Origin: Candidatus Shapirobacteria bacterium
Lineage (GTDB): Bacteria > Patescibacteriota > Microgenomatia > UBA12405
NCBI GenBank assembly: GCA_016188545.1
Contig: JACPHO010000001.1
Coordinates: 419,324-483,323 of the forward strand
Length of the DNA stretch: 64,000 nucleotides
Reading direction: 5' to 3'
Shown here: positions 1-9,102 of the stretch, piece after piece
Position numbering within the stretch: the first letter of the stretch is position 1
Layout: every line of letters begins with the position of its first letter
Translations under genes and position numbers: made by a program
The notes under the pieces: model-generated
The model's input: only the letters and a program-made list of their open reading frames with translations
What the model was told of the DNA's origin: nothing
Databases searched by the model: none

Positions 1-743
1 GAGATACGACATTGGCTAACAGCGTTACCACCCCAGAAAAACTACTTGTAGAAATTAGTCGAAATCTTGAAGCTGAAATCACCAAGATTTTTTCGATCAA
101 CGCCAACTTTGATACTGGACTTGCCGACTTTCAAAAAATATCACTTGAGTTATCAGAGATACTACCATTCACAGAATCAGATCGGGTTAAGCTGGTTACT
201 CAGCTAGAAAAAGAAAATAATCCATCTCAATACATGATCGAATTAGTTAAAACAAAATGGCAAGAACGATCAAATTACTTTGGTAAAGACCTAACCAACG
301 CTATCAGTAGTTACGCCATTATCAAGACAATCGATCCTCTCTGGGTAGAACATCTCACCGCACTTGATGACCTTCGTGATGGTGTCCGTCTCCGAGGTTA
401 TGCTCAAAAAGATCCTCTCGTCGAATACCGAAAGGAAGGCTACGAGATGTTTCAAAAACTCATGGGTCAATACCAATACAACTTGTGTCGAACAATTTTC
501 AGGCTAGAACCAGTCGCTGCTCCCACCATTGAACAACCCAAAAATATTATTGAAGGTAGGGGAAGCGATCTGACTGAAGATGATTCGTCATTGCGAGGAC
601 CCTCCGATTCGGAGGAGACGAAGCAATCTCGTTCGGAATCAAATCAGACCATAGTCAAATCAACATCAATCAATCGTAACGATCCTTGTTGGTGTGGCAG
701 TGGTAAAAAGTGGAAAAAATGCCATTATCCCAAAACAAATTGA
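1..743 (+). CDS. secA: Preprotein translocase SecA, C-terminal part (gene starts upstream of the window)
   Basis: Motif DPLWVEHLTALDDLRDGVRLRGYAQKDPLVEYRKEGYEMF matches the conserved SecA C-terminal region. The terminal CWCGSGKKWKKCH matches the SecA zinc-binding tail. ORF is open to the window edge. Confidence 0.88.
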   Translation, partial: DTTLANSVTTPEKLLVEISRNLEAEITKIFSINANFDTGLADFQKISLELSEILPFTESDRVKLVTQLEKENNPSQYMIELVKTKWQERSNYFGKDLTNAISSYAIIKTIDPLWVEHLTALDDLRDGVRLRGYAQKDPLVEYRKEGYEMFQKLMGQYQYNLCRTIFRLEPVAAPTIEQPKNIIEGRGSDLTEDDSSLRGPSDSEETKQSRSESNQTIVKSTSINRNDPCWCGSGKKWKKCHYPKTN

Positions 744-782
744 CACCTTCTCATATCTTCCAATATCTTCTAACATTATCTA

Positions 783-1751
783 ATGTTTTCGTATCACTTT
801 AATAGTACGTTAGATATAAATAAGCATCTTATAGATATAGAGGCCATCAAAATAAGCTTTGAAAATTCCAAAATACTTCCCCAGCTAGAAGAAAAAATTC
901 TCCGTCAGTCAATATTACGCAGTTCAGTCTTTTCCGCCCGGATTGAAGGCAACCCTCTCAGTCTCCAAAATTATGATCGCTATAATGACGAACATATTCA
1001 TAAAATTGAAATAAATAATCTGTTAAAAACCTACCAAAAGCTAAATAATTCAGATACCGTTCCCATTTTAACAATTAAAAAAATAAAATCCCTACATGAA
1101 GAAGTTATGAACAATCTCTCACCAATGACCGGTAAGTTTCGTCAAGAACCCTGGGCTATTTTTGATCAAAGCGGTAACGTCATTCATCTGGCACCTACAT
1201 TTTTAAAACTACCTGAACTAATGGAGGAATATCTAACATATATCGACAGCATTCAAGATCATCCGGTTATCAAATCAGCTATCGCCCAATTTGTCTTTGA
1301 AAAAATTCATCCTTTTGCAGATGGTAATGGACGCACCGGTCGGCTTATCTCCATGTTAATTTTAAAGCAAGCCAATTATCACTTTCGTGGTATGCTTCCG
1401 TTTGAAGAATATACTGATACTCATCGCCAGGCTTATTACTATGCTCTCGAGCCAAGTACAGATATTACCGAATTTATAGAATATTTTTTAAAGTCATTAG
1501 TTGTTACTGGTAAACAGCTGTTGACAAAAATCAAAAACACTCTTGACTCATTGCCACAACTAAGTCCTCGACGTCAAGAAATATTATCTATTATCACCGA
1601 TCATCCCAATTGCTCTTTTAATTTTCTCCAACGACGATTTTCACAGGTTAATTCAAAAACTCTTCATTATGATCTCTTGCAGCTGATGAAAAAAGGTCTT
1701 GTCATCAAACTTGGAACTACCCGTGCTGTGGTGTATACTATTTCAAAATAA
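783..1751 (+). CDS. Fic/DOC family protein (class II, with intrinsic inhibitory helix and C-terminal winged-helix-like domain)
   Basis: Fic active-site motif HPFADGNGRTGR at nt 1308-1343. Inhibitory SxxxEGN motif (SARIEGN) at nt 934-954. Confidence 0.85.
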   Translation: MFSYHFNSTLDINKHLIDIEAIKISFENSKILPQLEEKILRQSILRSSVFSARIEGNPLSLQNYDRYNDEHIHKIEINNLLKTYQKLNNSDTVPILTIKKIKSLHEEVMNNLSPMTGKFRQEPWAIFDQSGNVIHLAPTFLKLPELMEEYLTYIDSIQDHPVIKSAIAQFVFEKIHPFADGNGRTGRLISMLILKQANYHFRGMLPFEEYTDTHRQAYYYALEPSTDITEFIEYFLKSLVVTGKQLLTKIKNTLDSLPQLSPRRQEILSIITDHPNCSFNFLQRRFSQVNSKTLHYDLLQLMKKGLVIKLGTTRAVVYTISK

Positions 1752-1760
1752 GACTAAGTA

Positions 1761-1789
1761 TTGACATATTCATTACACATACCTATAAT
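1761..1789 (+). promoter_or_regulatory. Consensus sigma70-type promoter (TTGACA-17 nt-TATAAT) upstream of the small ORF at 1804
   Basis: TTGACA at 1761-1766, exact 17-nt spacer, TATAAT at 1784-1789. The ATG at 1804 lies 14 nt downstream of the -10 box. Confidence 0.55.
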
Positions 1790-1803
1790 ACACCATTCAC
1801 ATT

Positions 1804-2118
1804 ATGGCTGCTAAAGACAAAAAAATAAAATTTCCAAACCTTTCTGAGAACGCTAGGACACTTTATAACAAAGTAATGGTGGGTATTCCTTCTTCAACTG
1901 AAGGTGAAAGTGACCCAATCACTCCAAGAGAACATGTTCCTGCTTATAACCTATCAGGTGAAGCTAAAAAGAAGTTGATGTTAGAAGTCATCCCCGATAC
2001 ATTAGCAATAAAATTAGGTATTTCCAGAGAAGAAGCACTACAAATACTCAACGGCAAAGATGTGAAACTACCTGATAATATACTCAAGAAGGACGCACTC
2101 CCACTGGGTAGAGAATAG
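1804..2118 (+). CDS. Hypothetical small soluble protein (104 aa)
   Basis: Intact ORF directly downstream of a perfect consensus promoter. No recognisable motifs. Confidence 0.4.
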   Translation: MAAKDKKIKFPNLSENARTLYNKVMVGIPSSTEGESDPITPREHVPAYNLSGEAKKKLMLEVIPDTLAIKLGISREEALQILNGKDVKLPDNILKKDALPLGRE

Positions 2119-2170
2119 CAGAATTCTCTCGAACCTTTACGACTACAACAAGGATTGTGTACAATAGACC

Positions 2171-3184
2171 GTGATCGATAAGAAAATAACTAGCAAGATT
2201 TTGAAAGAAATCAAACTCTCCGAAAATATTCTGCTCCATCTTCATCCTAGCCCAGACCCTGATAGTATCGGAAGTGCACTGGCACTACAGGAATTTTTGC
2301 TATCACTCGATAAAAAAGTTACCATAATTGCAGGTGATTCAAAAGACAAGAACCATCTAGAGATATTTCCAAATGTCAAGTCAATTAAGGCAAAAAACAT
2401 ATTTGAAACTGACTTGTCGAAACTCGATCTGTTTATTATCCTCGATTCATCTGAACCCAGTCAAATATCAAAACTGGGCGATAGTCAAAAATATATTGCG
2501 AATATAAAAAAAATCGTCATCGATCATCACCCCACAAATAAAAACTTTGGTGATTTAAATTTAGTATTGCCCAAACACACCTCAACGGCCGAAATACTCT
2601 TTGATTTATTTAATCTATGGAAAGTAAAAATAACCACAAATATGGCAATCTGTCTATTTTTGGGAATATATTCAGACACCGGAGGATTTTCAAATCTCAA
2701 CACAACCCCACAATCAATATATAAATGTTCAATACTCGCAAAAAATATAAATAATCTTCCTAGAGTAATGTTTGAGTTTCGCAATAATTCTAGTGCCCAG
2801 GAATTAAAATTTATCAAGTTAGGGCTAGTAAATAATAATATACTTTTTAACAACAAAGTCGCTATTTCAGCCATCACCTTAAAAGATCTTAAAAAAAATA
2901 ACCTAGATGTTGAGTCAATTAACAAAGTTCAATTGTCGGAAACTCTACGTAAATGTAAGGACTGGCAAATTACCATAGCTATGGTAGAAACAAAATCAAA
3001 TTACAACACCCTCTCAATGAGATCTAGAAATGAAAAATATGATCTTACAAAAATTGCCAAAAGATTCTCAGGTGGTGGTCATAAGGTAGCCGCAGGAGCA
3101 TTAATAGAGGCTAGTCCAAAGGAAGCTCTAAAACAGTTAATAGCCGCCATTCATAAATGTTTTCCAGAACTTGGAGAACCATAA
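2171..3184 (+). CDS. DHH/DHHA1 family phosphoesterase (NrnA-like oligoribonuclease/pAp phosphatase); GTG start
   Basis: DHH motif (VIDHHPTN) and DHHA1 GGGH motif (FSGGGHKVAAGA). Confidence 0.75.
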   Translation: MIDKKITSKILKEIKLSENILLHLHPSPDPDSIGSALALQEFLLSLDKKVTIIAGDSKDKNHLEIFPNVKSIKAKNIFETDLSKLDLFIILDSSEPSQISKLGDSQKYIANIKKIVIDHHPTNKNFGDLNLVLPKHTSTAEILFDLFNLWKVKITTNMAICLFLGIYSDTGGFSNLNTTPQSIYKCSILAKNINNLPRVMFEFRNNSSAQELKFIKLGLVNNNILFNNKVAISAITLKDLKKNNLDVESINKVQLSETLRKCKDWQITIAMVETKSNYNTLSMRSRNEKYDLTKIAKRFSGGGHKVAAGALIEASPKEALKQLIAAIHKCFPELGEP

Positions 3185-3201
3185 TCTGCTAACATTAGTT
3201 A

Positions 3202-3603
3202 ATGTCTGACTGTGTCTTTTGTAAAATTGCCGCCAAGGAGCTTCCTTCATATCAAGTCTATGAAGACGACGATTTCATGGCTTTTTTAGATATCCACCCA
3301 ATTGCCAATGGTCATGTCCAAATCATCCCCAAAAAACATTTTCGTTGGACATATGATGTCCCTCAGTTTGGGCGTTATTTTGAAGTCGCTCGTATTGTAG
3401 CTTTAGCCACCAAACGGGCTGTTAACTCCGATTATATATCTTTTGTTACTTTTGGAATTGAAGTTGAGCACGCTCATATCTGGATAGTTCCACGATTTAA
3501 GGGAGATATTCACGAGGGATCTGGGATAAATACTACCAACCGCATAGAATTTACCAAAGATGAGTACATAGCAATTCAGGATAAAGTAGTTCACAATATT
3601 TAA
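3202..3603 (+). CDS. HIT (histidine triad) family hydrolase
   Basis: Histidine triad HAHIWIVPR (HxHxHxx) and the N-terminal CVFCKI pattern typical of Hint proteins. Confidence 0.8.
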   Translation: MSDCVFCKIAAKELPSYQVYEDDDFMAFLDIHPIANGHVQIIPKKHFRWTYDVPQFGRYFEVARIVALATKRAVNSDYISFVTFGIEVEHAHIWIVPRFKGDIHEGSGINTTNRIEFTKDEYIAIQDKVVHNI

Positions 3604-3604
3604 T

Positions 3605-3880
3605 ATGATCACCGAAAGCCAAATCCTCGCCGAACTCCAGAAAATTAACCAGCAGTTGAGTCGTCAAAACTCTTCCGTTCTCAAAAGTTTTTCATTCGGT
3701 TTTTTCCACTCTTTGGGGTATTTTTTTGGAACAGCAGTCATCTTCTTTGTCTTTATCTACCTAGCATCCCAGTTTGATTGGACCCGAGCCCTAAGCAAAT
3801 CACTCGAATCAATGATGTCTCAAGTCAACTGGAACAAGGTTATTCCCACGCCCACAATCGAAATCCCCACCGGTTATTAG
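3605..3880 (+). CDS. Hypothetical small membrane protein
   Basis: 91-aa ORF overlapping the stop of the HIT gene by ATGA. Contains one long hydrophobic segment. Confidence 0.35.
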   Translation: MITESQILAELQKINQQLSRQNSSVLKSFSFGFFHSLGYFFGTAVIFFVFIYLASQFDWTRALSKSLESMMSQVNWNKVIPTPTIEIPTGY

Positions 3881-3922
3881 TTTTATTCTAGTTACAAGTT
3901 ACTTATTTCTTGTTTCTATTTC

Positions 3923-5764
3923 TCACTTTCCTTTTCTTTCAGCTCGAACCCGGTCAACCTTAGTCAAATACTTTTTTCTCAATCTAATAGTTTTTGGAGT
4001 CACATCTATAAGCTCATCGCTTTCAATAAAATCAAGTGACTCTTCAATGCTATATTTGACCGCTGGAGCTAAAGTCAGCGCGTCGTCGTTTCCTGATGAA
4101 CGCATATTGGTCAATTGTTTACCCTTGCACACATTGATTTCCAAATCTCCCTCAACCGGTCGGTAGCCTACAACCTGTCCCTCATAAACCCCTTCAGTGG
4201 GGGACACAAAAGTAATTCCCCGTTTTTGTGCTAGATCAAGTCCAAAGCCAAGTGCTTTTCCGGACTCTGAAGCGATCATAACACCATTTCGTTCACGGAT
4301 AGTATCAACAGTCTTAGGTTCATATCCCATCGACAAATAGCTTAACGATACTGATCCCTTAGTTTCAGATACTAGTATACTTCGCAATCCTAGTGCATTC
4401 TTTTCACTAATCTTGTACATCATCTTAACTCCAGCTTTATCATCTGTACTCATATCAAGCATCTGGGCCCTTCTTTTTCCAAGTTCAGAAGTGATAGCGC
4501 CTACATATTCCTCAGGAGTTAATATTGTAAGTTCGGAGTAAGGTTCACACACCTTACTATCAATAGTTTTCAAAATAACCTCAGGTTTTCCCACTTCCAT
4601 GGCATACCCCTCACGTCGTAATTTTTCGATAAGGATTGCTAAATGGAGCTCTCCTCGTCCAGATACTAAAACTCGAATACTATCAGTCGGATCATCTTCT
4701 AATTTTAGTCCTAAGTTTGTTTCCACTTCTTCCTTTAGACGTTCTTTAAGTTCCCGACTAGTCAAAAATCTAGATTCATCACGAGCAAAAGGGGATGTGT
4801 TTGGACCAAAACTAGCTTTGAGTGTTGGCTCAGCTACTTGAATAGTAGGCATAGCTACTTGGAAGTTTGGGTCAGTTAATGTTTGTCCGATTTCAATCTG
4901 ATATATACCAGCAAGATAGGCTATTTCTCCACTTTCGATTTCTTCAGTTTCCACCTTATTCATCCCCTCATTTACATACATCCTTTCAATCTTAAAGTTG
5001 CCCACTGCAACTTGGTTGGGGTTCAGTTGAGTCACATATTGACCTTTCTTCACTTTTCCTTGATGTACTCTACCAACAGCCAGTCTTCCTAAATAGCCAT
5101 TTTTCTCAAACGCCGAAATTAACATTTGAAATGGTTTGTTTTCATCTTGTCGAGAACTGCTTAAGGTTTTTAAAATTGATTCAAATAGGGGAGTGGTATC
5201 AGCCGGTGCCGTCATATCCTCTGGCATCTTGTCCCACGTCTTACCTTCTCTACCGATTGCGTAAATTATTGGGAAATTCAAAAGTTCCGGATCAGAGGCT
5301 AGAGATAAAAACAAATTCTCAGCATCAGCGACGACTCTCTTAACATCAGCGTCTTTACGATCAATTTTATTGATAACCAAAATAACTTTAAGTCCGTAGT
5401 CCAGGGCTCTTTTAAGTACAAACTTTGTCTGTGATAGCGGACCCTCAGCCGCATCTACAATCAAAAGTACCCCATCTGCCATATTTAAAACTCTTTCAAC
5501 TTCACCACCAAAATCTGCATGACCGGGAGTATCAATGATATTAATTTTTATATCTTTGTAAAAAACTGAAGTGTTTTTAGATAAAATTGTGATTCCCTTT
5601 TCTCTTTCCAAATCGTTACTGTCCATTATTCGTTCTTCTAGCATCTCCGACTGGTTTTCTCGAAAAGTATGGGTTTGTTTTAACATTGCATCTACCAAGG
5701 TTGTTTTACCATGATCGACATGGGCGATGACCGCCACGTTACGGATATCTTTATAATTGGACAT
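3923..5764 (-). CDS. typA: Translational GTPase TypA/BipA
   Basis: G-domain motifs AHVDHGKTTLVD and DTPGHADF, 613 aa, EF-G-like domain layout. Confidence 0.9.
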   Translation of the reverse strand: MSNYKDIRNVAVIAHVDHGKTTLVDAMLKQTHTFRENQSEMLEERIMDSNDLEREKGITILSKNTSVFYKDIKINIIDTPGHADFGGEVERVLNMADGVLLIVDAAEGPLSQTKFVLKRALDYGLKVILVINKIDRKDADVKRVVADAENLFLSLASDPELLNFPIIYAIGREGKTWDKMPEDMTAPADTTPLFESILKTLSSSRQDENKPFQMLISAFEKNGYLGRLAVGRVHQGKVKKGQYVTQLNPNQVAVGNFKIERMYVNEGMNKVETEEIESGEIAYLAGIYQIEIGQTLTDPNFQVAMPTIQVAEPTLKASFGPNTSPFARDESRFLTSRELKERLKEEVETNLGLKLEDDPTDSIRVLVSGRGELHLAILIEKLRREGYAMEVGKPEVILKTIDSKVCEPYSELTILTPEEYVGAITSELGKRRAQMLDMSTDDKAGVKMMYKISEKNALGLRSILVSETKGSVSLSYLSMGYEPKTVDTIRERNGVMIASESGKALGFGLDLAQKRGITFVSPTEGVYEGQVVGYRPVEGDLEINVCKGKQLTNMRSSGNDDALTLAPAVKYSIEESLDFIESDELIDVTPKTIRLRKKYLTKVDRVRAERKGK

Positions 5765-5801
5765 TCCTCCATTTTACCACTAAATAGGATAAAATATAAC
5801 T

Positions 5802-6536
5802 ATGAAAAATATAGCTCTATTACTTATCACCACACTGTTTTTATCGAGTTGTACCCAAAAAATTTCACCTCATATTGAAAAAGCTAAAAGCCTTATCGAA
5901 AATGTCACCGAAACTATCGCACCAGTCCCAACAATAATTCTCGAGTCCGGATTACCAAACAAACACCTTATTAAAACGTCATTTATACCTCAAGCTCCCG
6001 AGAAGAATTGGCATCAACCCTGGCAAGACGCTTGCGAAGAGGCATCTCTTTTGACTTTAAAATATTATTACTCAGGCAAAACTCCGGATGTAGCCACTAT
6101 GGTGGCCGATTATCAGCTTTTATTCAGTTTCGAGAGCGACAATAAATTCAAACACGATATCAACATCGACAACATGAGCACCATATCATCCCAATACTTA
6201 GGACTAACCCCAAACATTTTAGAAAACCCTACAATTAAAGATATAAAAAAAGAACTCTCACTTGACCATCCGGTTATTATCACTGCCAATGGTAAAACTC
6301 TATATAAAGAAAACAAAAACTTTCGCTCCGGAGGTCCCTGGTATCACAGCTTAGTTGTTCTCGGTTATGACGATAACAGCCAAAAATTTATAGTTCACGA
6401 TGTCGGTACCCAGCACGGTGCCTATTTTAAATATTCTTATAATTTGCTACTCGACAGCGTTCATGATTTTCCTGTCTCAGGAAAGAAGGAAGAAATTGAC
6501 ACTGGAGCCAAACGAATCCTTGTTTTGTTAAAATAG
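5802..6536 (+). CDS. Lipoprotein, putative C39-like cysteine peptidase domain
   Basis: Lipobox LFLSSCT. Cys in CEEASLL and His in HSLVVLGYDD are arranged as in Peptidase_C39_2/BtrH-like domains. Confidence 0.45.
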   Translation: MKNIALLLITTLFLSSCTQKISPHIEKAKSLIENVTETIAPVPTIILESGLPNKHLIKTSFIPQAPEKNWHQPWQDACEEASLLTLKYYYSGKTPDVATMVADYQLLFSFESDNKFKHDINIDNMSTISSQYLGLTPNILENPTIKDIKKELSLDHPVIITANGKTLYKENKNFRSGGPWYHSLVVLGYDDNSQKFIVHDVGTQHGAYFKYSYNLLLDSVHDFPVSGKKEEIDTGAKRILVLLK

Positions 6537-6540
6537 ACTA

Positions 6541-7143
6541 ATGAAAAAAATAATTGTTACATCGGTTGCTACTCTTTTATTATCGTCCTGTACTCTTTTT
6601 CCCAAGAATACAGATCAAAATGTAAATTTATCAGTTTCACCTACTCAAAATATGGTTCCTCCTACCTCATCAGGATCACCAAGTCCGACCGTTACTACCC
6701 AAAAAGGCGATACAGTCGTTGCCCTCAAGACCACAGATGGTCAAATAGTTATTAAACTATTTTCCAAGGAAACCCCCGAAACTGTCAAAACATTTATGGG
6801 TAAAGTCAACAGTGGATTTTATAATGGTCTCACTTTTCATCGGGTGATAGAAGGTTTTATGGCTCAAGGCGGAGATCCCACTGGTACCGGTACAGGTGGT
6901 GGTAGTCAAAAGTCAGAAATCAATTCTATACCTTTCGTCCGTGGCTCCCTCGGACTCGCTCGAACCCCAGTCAGCAAAGATATTAGTAACGACTCTCAAT
7001 TCTTCATCTGCTTTACCACTGAAGGTTGTCAGCACTTAACCGGAGACTATGTCAATTTTGGTCAAGTCATTAGTGGCTTAGATATACTCGACAAAATTCA
7101 ACAGGGCGACAAAATATTAGAAATTACTGCCAGTACCAAATGA
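6541..7143 (+). CDS. Secreted/lipoprotein cyclophilin-type peptidyl-prolyl cis-trans isomerase
   Basis: Lipobox LLLSSCT. Cyclophilin signature FHRVIEGFMAQGGDPTGTGTGG. Confidence 0.85.
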   Translation: MKKIIVTSVATLLLSSCTLFPKNTDQNVNLSVSPTQNMVPPTSSGSPSPTVTTQKGDTVVALKTTDGQIVIKLFSKETPETVKTFMGKVNSGFYNGLTFHRVIEGFMAQGGDPTGTGTGGGSQKSEINSIPFVRGSLGLARTPVSKDISNDSQFFICFTTEGCQHLTGDYVNFGQVISGLDILDKIQQGDKILEITASTK

Positions 7144-7517
7144 AAAAAATATTAATTGCCATTGTAGTCATCCTCGTAATAGTCTTCACATTCAAAACCC
7201 TCTCAACTCCACCAAAAACAAAAGGCGTTTCTCAGGAAGAGGCTGAACTCATCCTATTTTGGGGAGATGGCTGTCCCCATTGTAAAATTGTCGATGAGTA
7301 TATAACTAGTAATAAAACAGATGAAAAAGTTAAGATTTCCTACAAGGAAGTCTATTACAACAAGACTAATCAAAACCTGCTCCAAGAAACTGTCAAAAAA
7401 TGTCCTTCCATCGACTCAACCCAGGGAATTGGGGTTCCCCTTGCTTTCGTCAAATCCGATAACACTTGTCTCTATGGAGACACACCTATCATCGATTGGC
7501 TCAAAACCCATCTCTAA
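7140..7517 (+). CDS. Membrane-anchored thioredoxin-fold protein (CxxC)
   Basis: N-terminal TM helix followed by WGDGCPHCK, a thioredoxin/glutaredoxin-like CPHC active site. ATGA overlap with the upstream gene. Confidence 0.6.
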   Translation: MKKILIAIVVILVIVFTFKTLSTPPKTKGVSQEEAELILFWGDGCPHCKIVDEYITSNKTDEKVKISYKEVYYNKTNQNLLQETVKKCPSIDSTQGIGVPLAFVKSDNTCLYGDTPIIDWLKTHL

Positions 7518-7520
7518 CCT

Positions 7521-7537
7521 TCTTTCGTTACGAAAGA
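7521..7537 (+). terminator. Short hairpin immediately after the stop codon (weak intrinsic-terminator candidate)
   Basis: tctttcg-tta-cgaaaga gives a 7-bp perfect stem with a 3-nt loop. It is followed by the AT-rich ttaatatt rather than a clean U-tract. Confidence 0.3.
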
Positions 7538-7687
7538 TTAATATTCCCAAGTGAAAAATATGAATTACGACGAAGTTGTAGTTGGACTACAATAAGGAGT
7601 AATGAATATTTTGCAACAGGAATAGTAATCTTGCAGTAGAATGCAGGTTTAGATATGGGTTTTAAAACTAAAATGCTAAAATAAATC

Positions 7688-8032
7688 GTGACAAAACGTT
7701 CAAAAGGCCAGGAGTTTCACTTTAGTCCTGCGGTACTCCTACGCTTTATAATTTTTGTAATTGTGGTCTATCTTTCAATTAGTTATTTTAGTGCTTCCGA
7801 AGTAACAGTTAATTTACCACTTCCAAACCTTGTTCAATACTTACCTCCCCGTTCACAGCAAGTGTTGGGAGAAACTTCAGAGTATATCAACTCATCTCAA
7901 CTTTCAGACAAATTTACTGAGTTTTCATCCTATGTTCAAGAGTTTCCCCAAAAACATCTAAAACAACTAAAAATTGATATTATCAACCGATTGGCAAAAG
8001 AATTAATAAATCGCATCGACAGTCAGAAATGA
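7688..8032 (+). CDS. Hypothetical membrane protein (GTG start)
   Basis: ORF with one TM segment. Its stop overlaps the prfB start (ATGA). Confidence 0.3.
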   Translation: MTKRSKGQEFHFSPAVLLRFIIFVIVVYLSISYFSASEVTVNLPLPNLVQYLPPRSQQVLGETSEYINSSQLSDKFTEFSSYVQEFPQKHLKQLKIDIINRLAKELINRIDSQK

Positions 8033-9102
8033 TCGAACTAAACAAATTAAAACTAAACCTGGAAAGTATTAAGTTAAAACTTAATTATGCACAGTTAGTC
8101 AGTGAGGCTGAAGAACTTAGAGGCAAGTCTGAAAACCCTGATATTTGGAATGACCCAGCAAAGGCCAGCGAGACAATGCAAAGCCTTAGTTCGAGGGACA
8201 AAACTATTCAAAATATTAAAGACGTAGAAAACAAACTAATTGAAGTTACTGAACTTGTTGATGTGTTTGGCCAGTCAAAGGATGAAAACTTTCAAATAGA
8301 GATAGAAAAATCTCATTCTGACATTCAAAAGCGGATTGAAGAACTAGAGCTAGAGACTTACCTCTGTGGTAAGTACGATAAGAACCAGGCTTTTCTCTCA
8401 GTTCACGCCGGGCAAGGCGGCACTGAGGCCATGGATTGGGCGTCCATGCTTCAAAGAATGTATATGCGTTATTTCGAGCGCAAAGAGTGGAAATACGAAA
8501 TGCTTGATATGAATCCGGGAGATGAAGCAGGGATAAAATCAGCCTATTTTAAAATCACTGTCCCAAATTCCTATGGTTATCTTCGAAACGAAAACGGAGC
8601 TCATCGCTTAGTCAGACTTTCCCCATTCAATGCCGATCAGTTGCGTCAAACATCTTTTGCAAAGGTTGAAGTTACCCCAGTAATCAACAATGCGACCGAA
8701 ATTGATATTCGACCCGAAGACATCGAATTTTCAGCCTTTAGAGCCGGCGGACATGGCGGACAGAATGTCAACAAAGTAAGCACTGCAGTTCGACTTACTC
8801 ACACCCCATCTGGACTAACTGTTTCTTGCCAATCACAGCGTTCACAAGATCAAAATAGGCTAGTAGCTATGGAGATGTTATCTTCTAAGCTCTGGGCAAT
8901 GGAACAAGAAAAACAGTCAAAAGAAAATCAATCAATAAAAGGAGACAATATTATCGCCGGGTGGGGACACCAAATCAGGTCTTATGTTCTTCATCCATAC
9001 AAGATGGTCAAAGACCTAAGAACAAAGCACGAAACCTCCGACACAGTTGGTGTTTTAGACGGAGATCTTGATGAATTTATCAAATCCGAGCTAAAATTGT
9101 AA
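8029..9102 (+). CDS. prfB: Peptide chain release factor 2, uninterrupted (no programmed +1 frameshift)
   Basis: SPF motif ([20 protein letters not shown]) and GGQ motif ([26 protein letters not shown]). The N-terminus is in frame with no CTT-TGA-C slippery site. Confidence 0.9.
   Translation: MIELNKLKLNLESIKLKLNYAQLVSEAEELRGKSENPDIWNDPAKASETMQSLSSRDKTIQNIKDVENKLIEVTELVDVFGQSKDENFQIEIEKSHSDIQKRIEELELETYLCGKYDKNQAFLSVHAGQGGTEAMDWASMLQRMYMRYFERKEWKYEMLDMNPGDEAGIKSAYFKITVPNSYGYLRNENGAHRLVRLSPFNADQLRQTSFAKVEVTPVINNATEIDIRPEDIEFSAFRAGGHGGQNVNKVSTAVRLTHTPSGLTVSCQSQRSQDQNRLVAMEMLSSKLWAMEQEKQSKENQSIKGDNIIAGWGHQIRSYVLHPYKMVKDLRTKHETSDTVGVLDGDLDEFIKSELKL

Noticed and set aside
291-476. Numerous short ORFs on the opposite strand or in alternative frames inside well-supported genes (for example 291..476-, 2527..2925-, 4599..4841+, 4883..5092+, 5131..5343+, 6113..6316-, 9665..9862-, 11077..11403-, 34139..34429+, 52583..52909-)
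   Set aside because: Each lies entirely within a longer ORF that has clear conserved motifs. They are compositionally biased and have no start or RBS context, so they are treated as shadow ORFs.
2116-2135. Palindrome AGAATTCT after the stop of the small ORF as a possible terminator
   Set aside because: It is a loop-less 8-bp palindrome (an EcoRI-type site) with no stem-loop geometry and no U-tract, so it is unlikely to terminate transcription.
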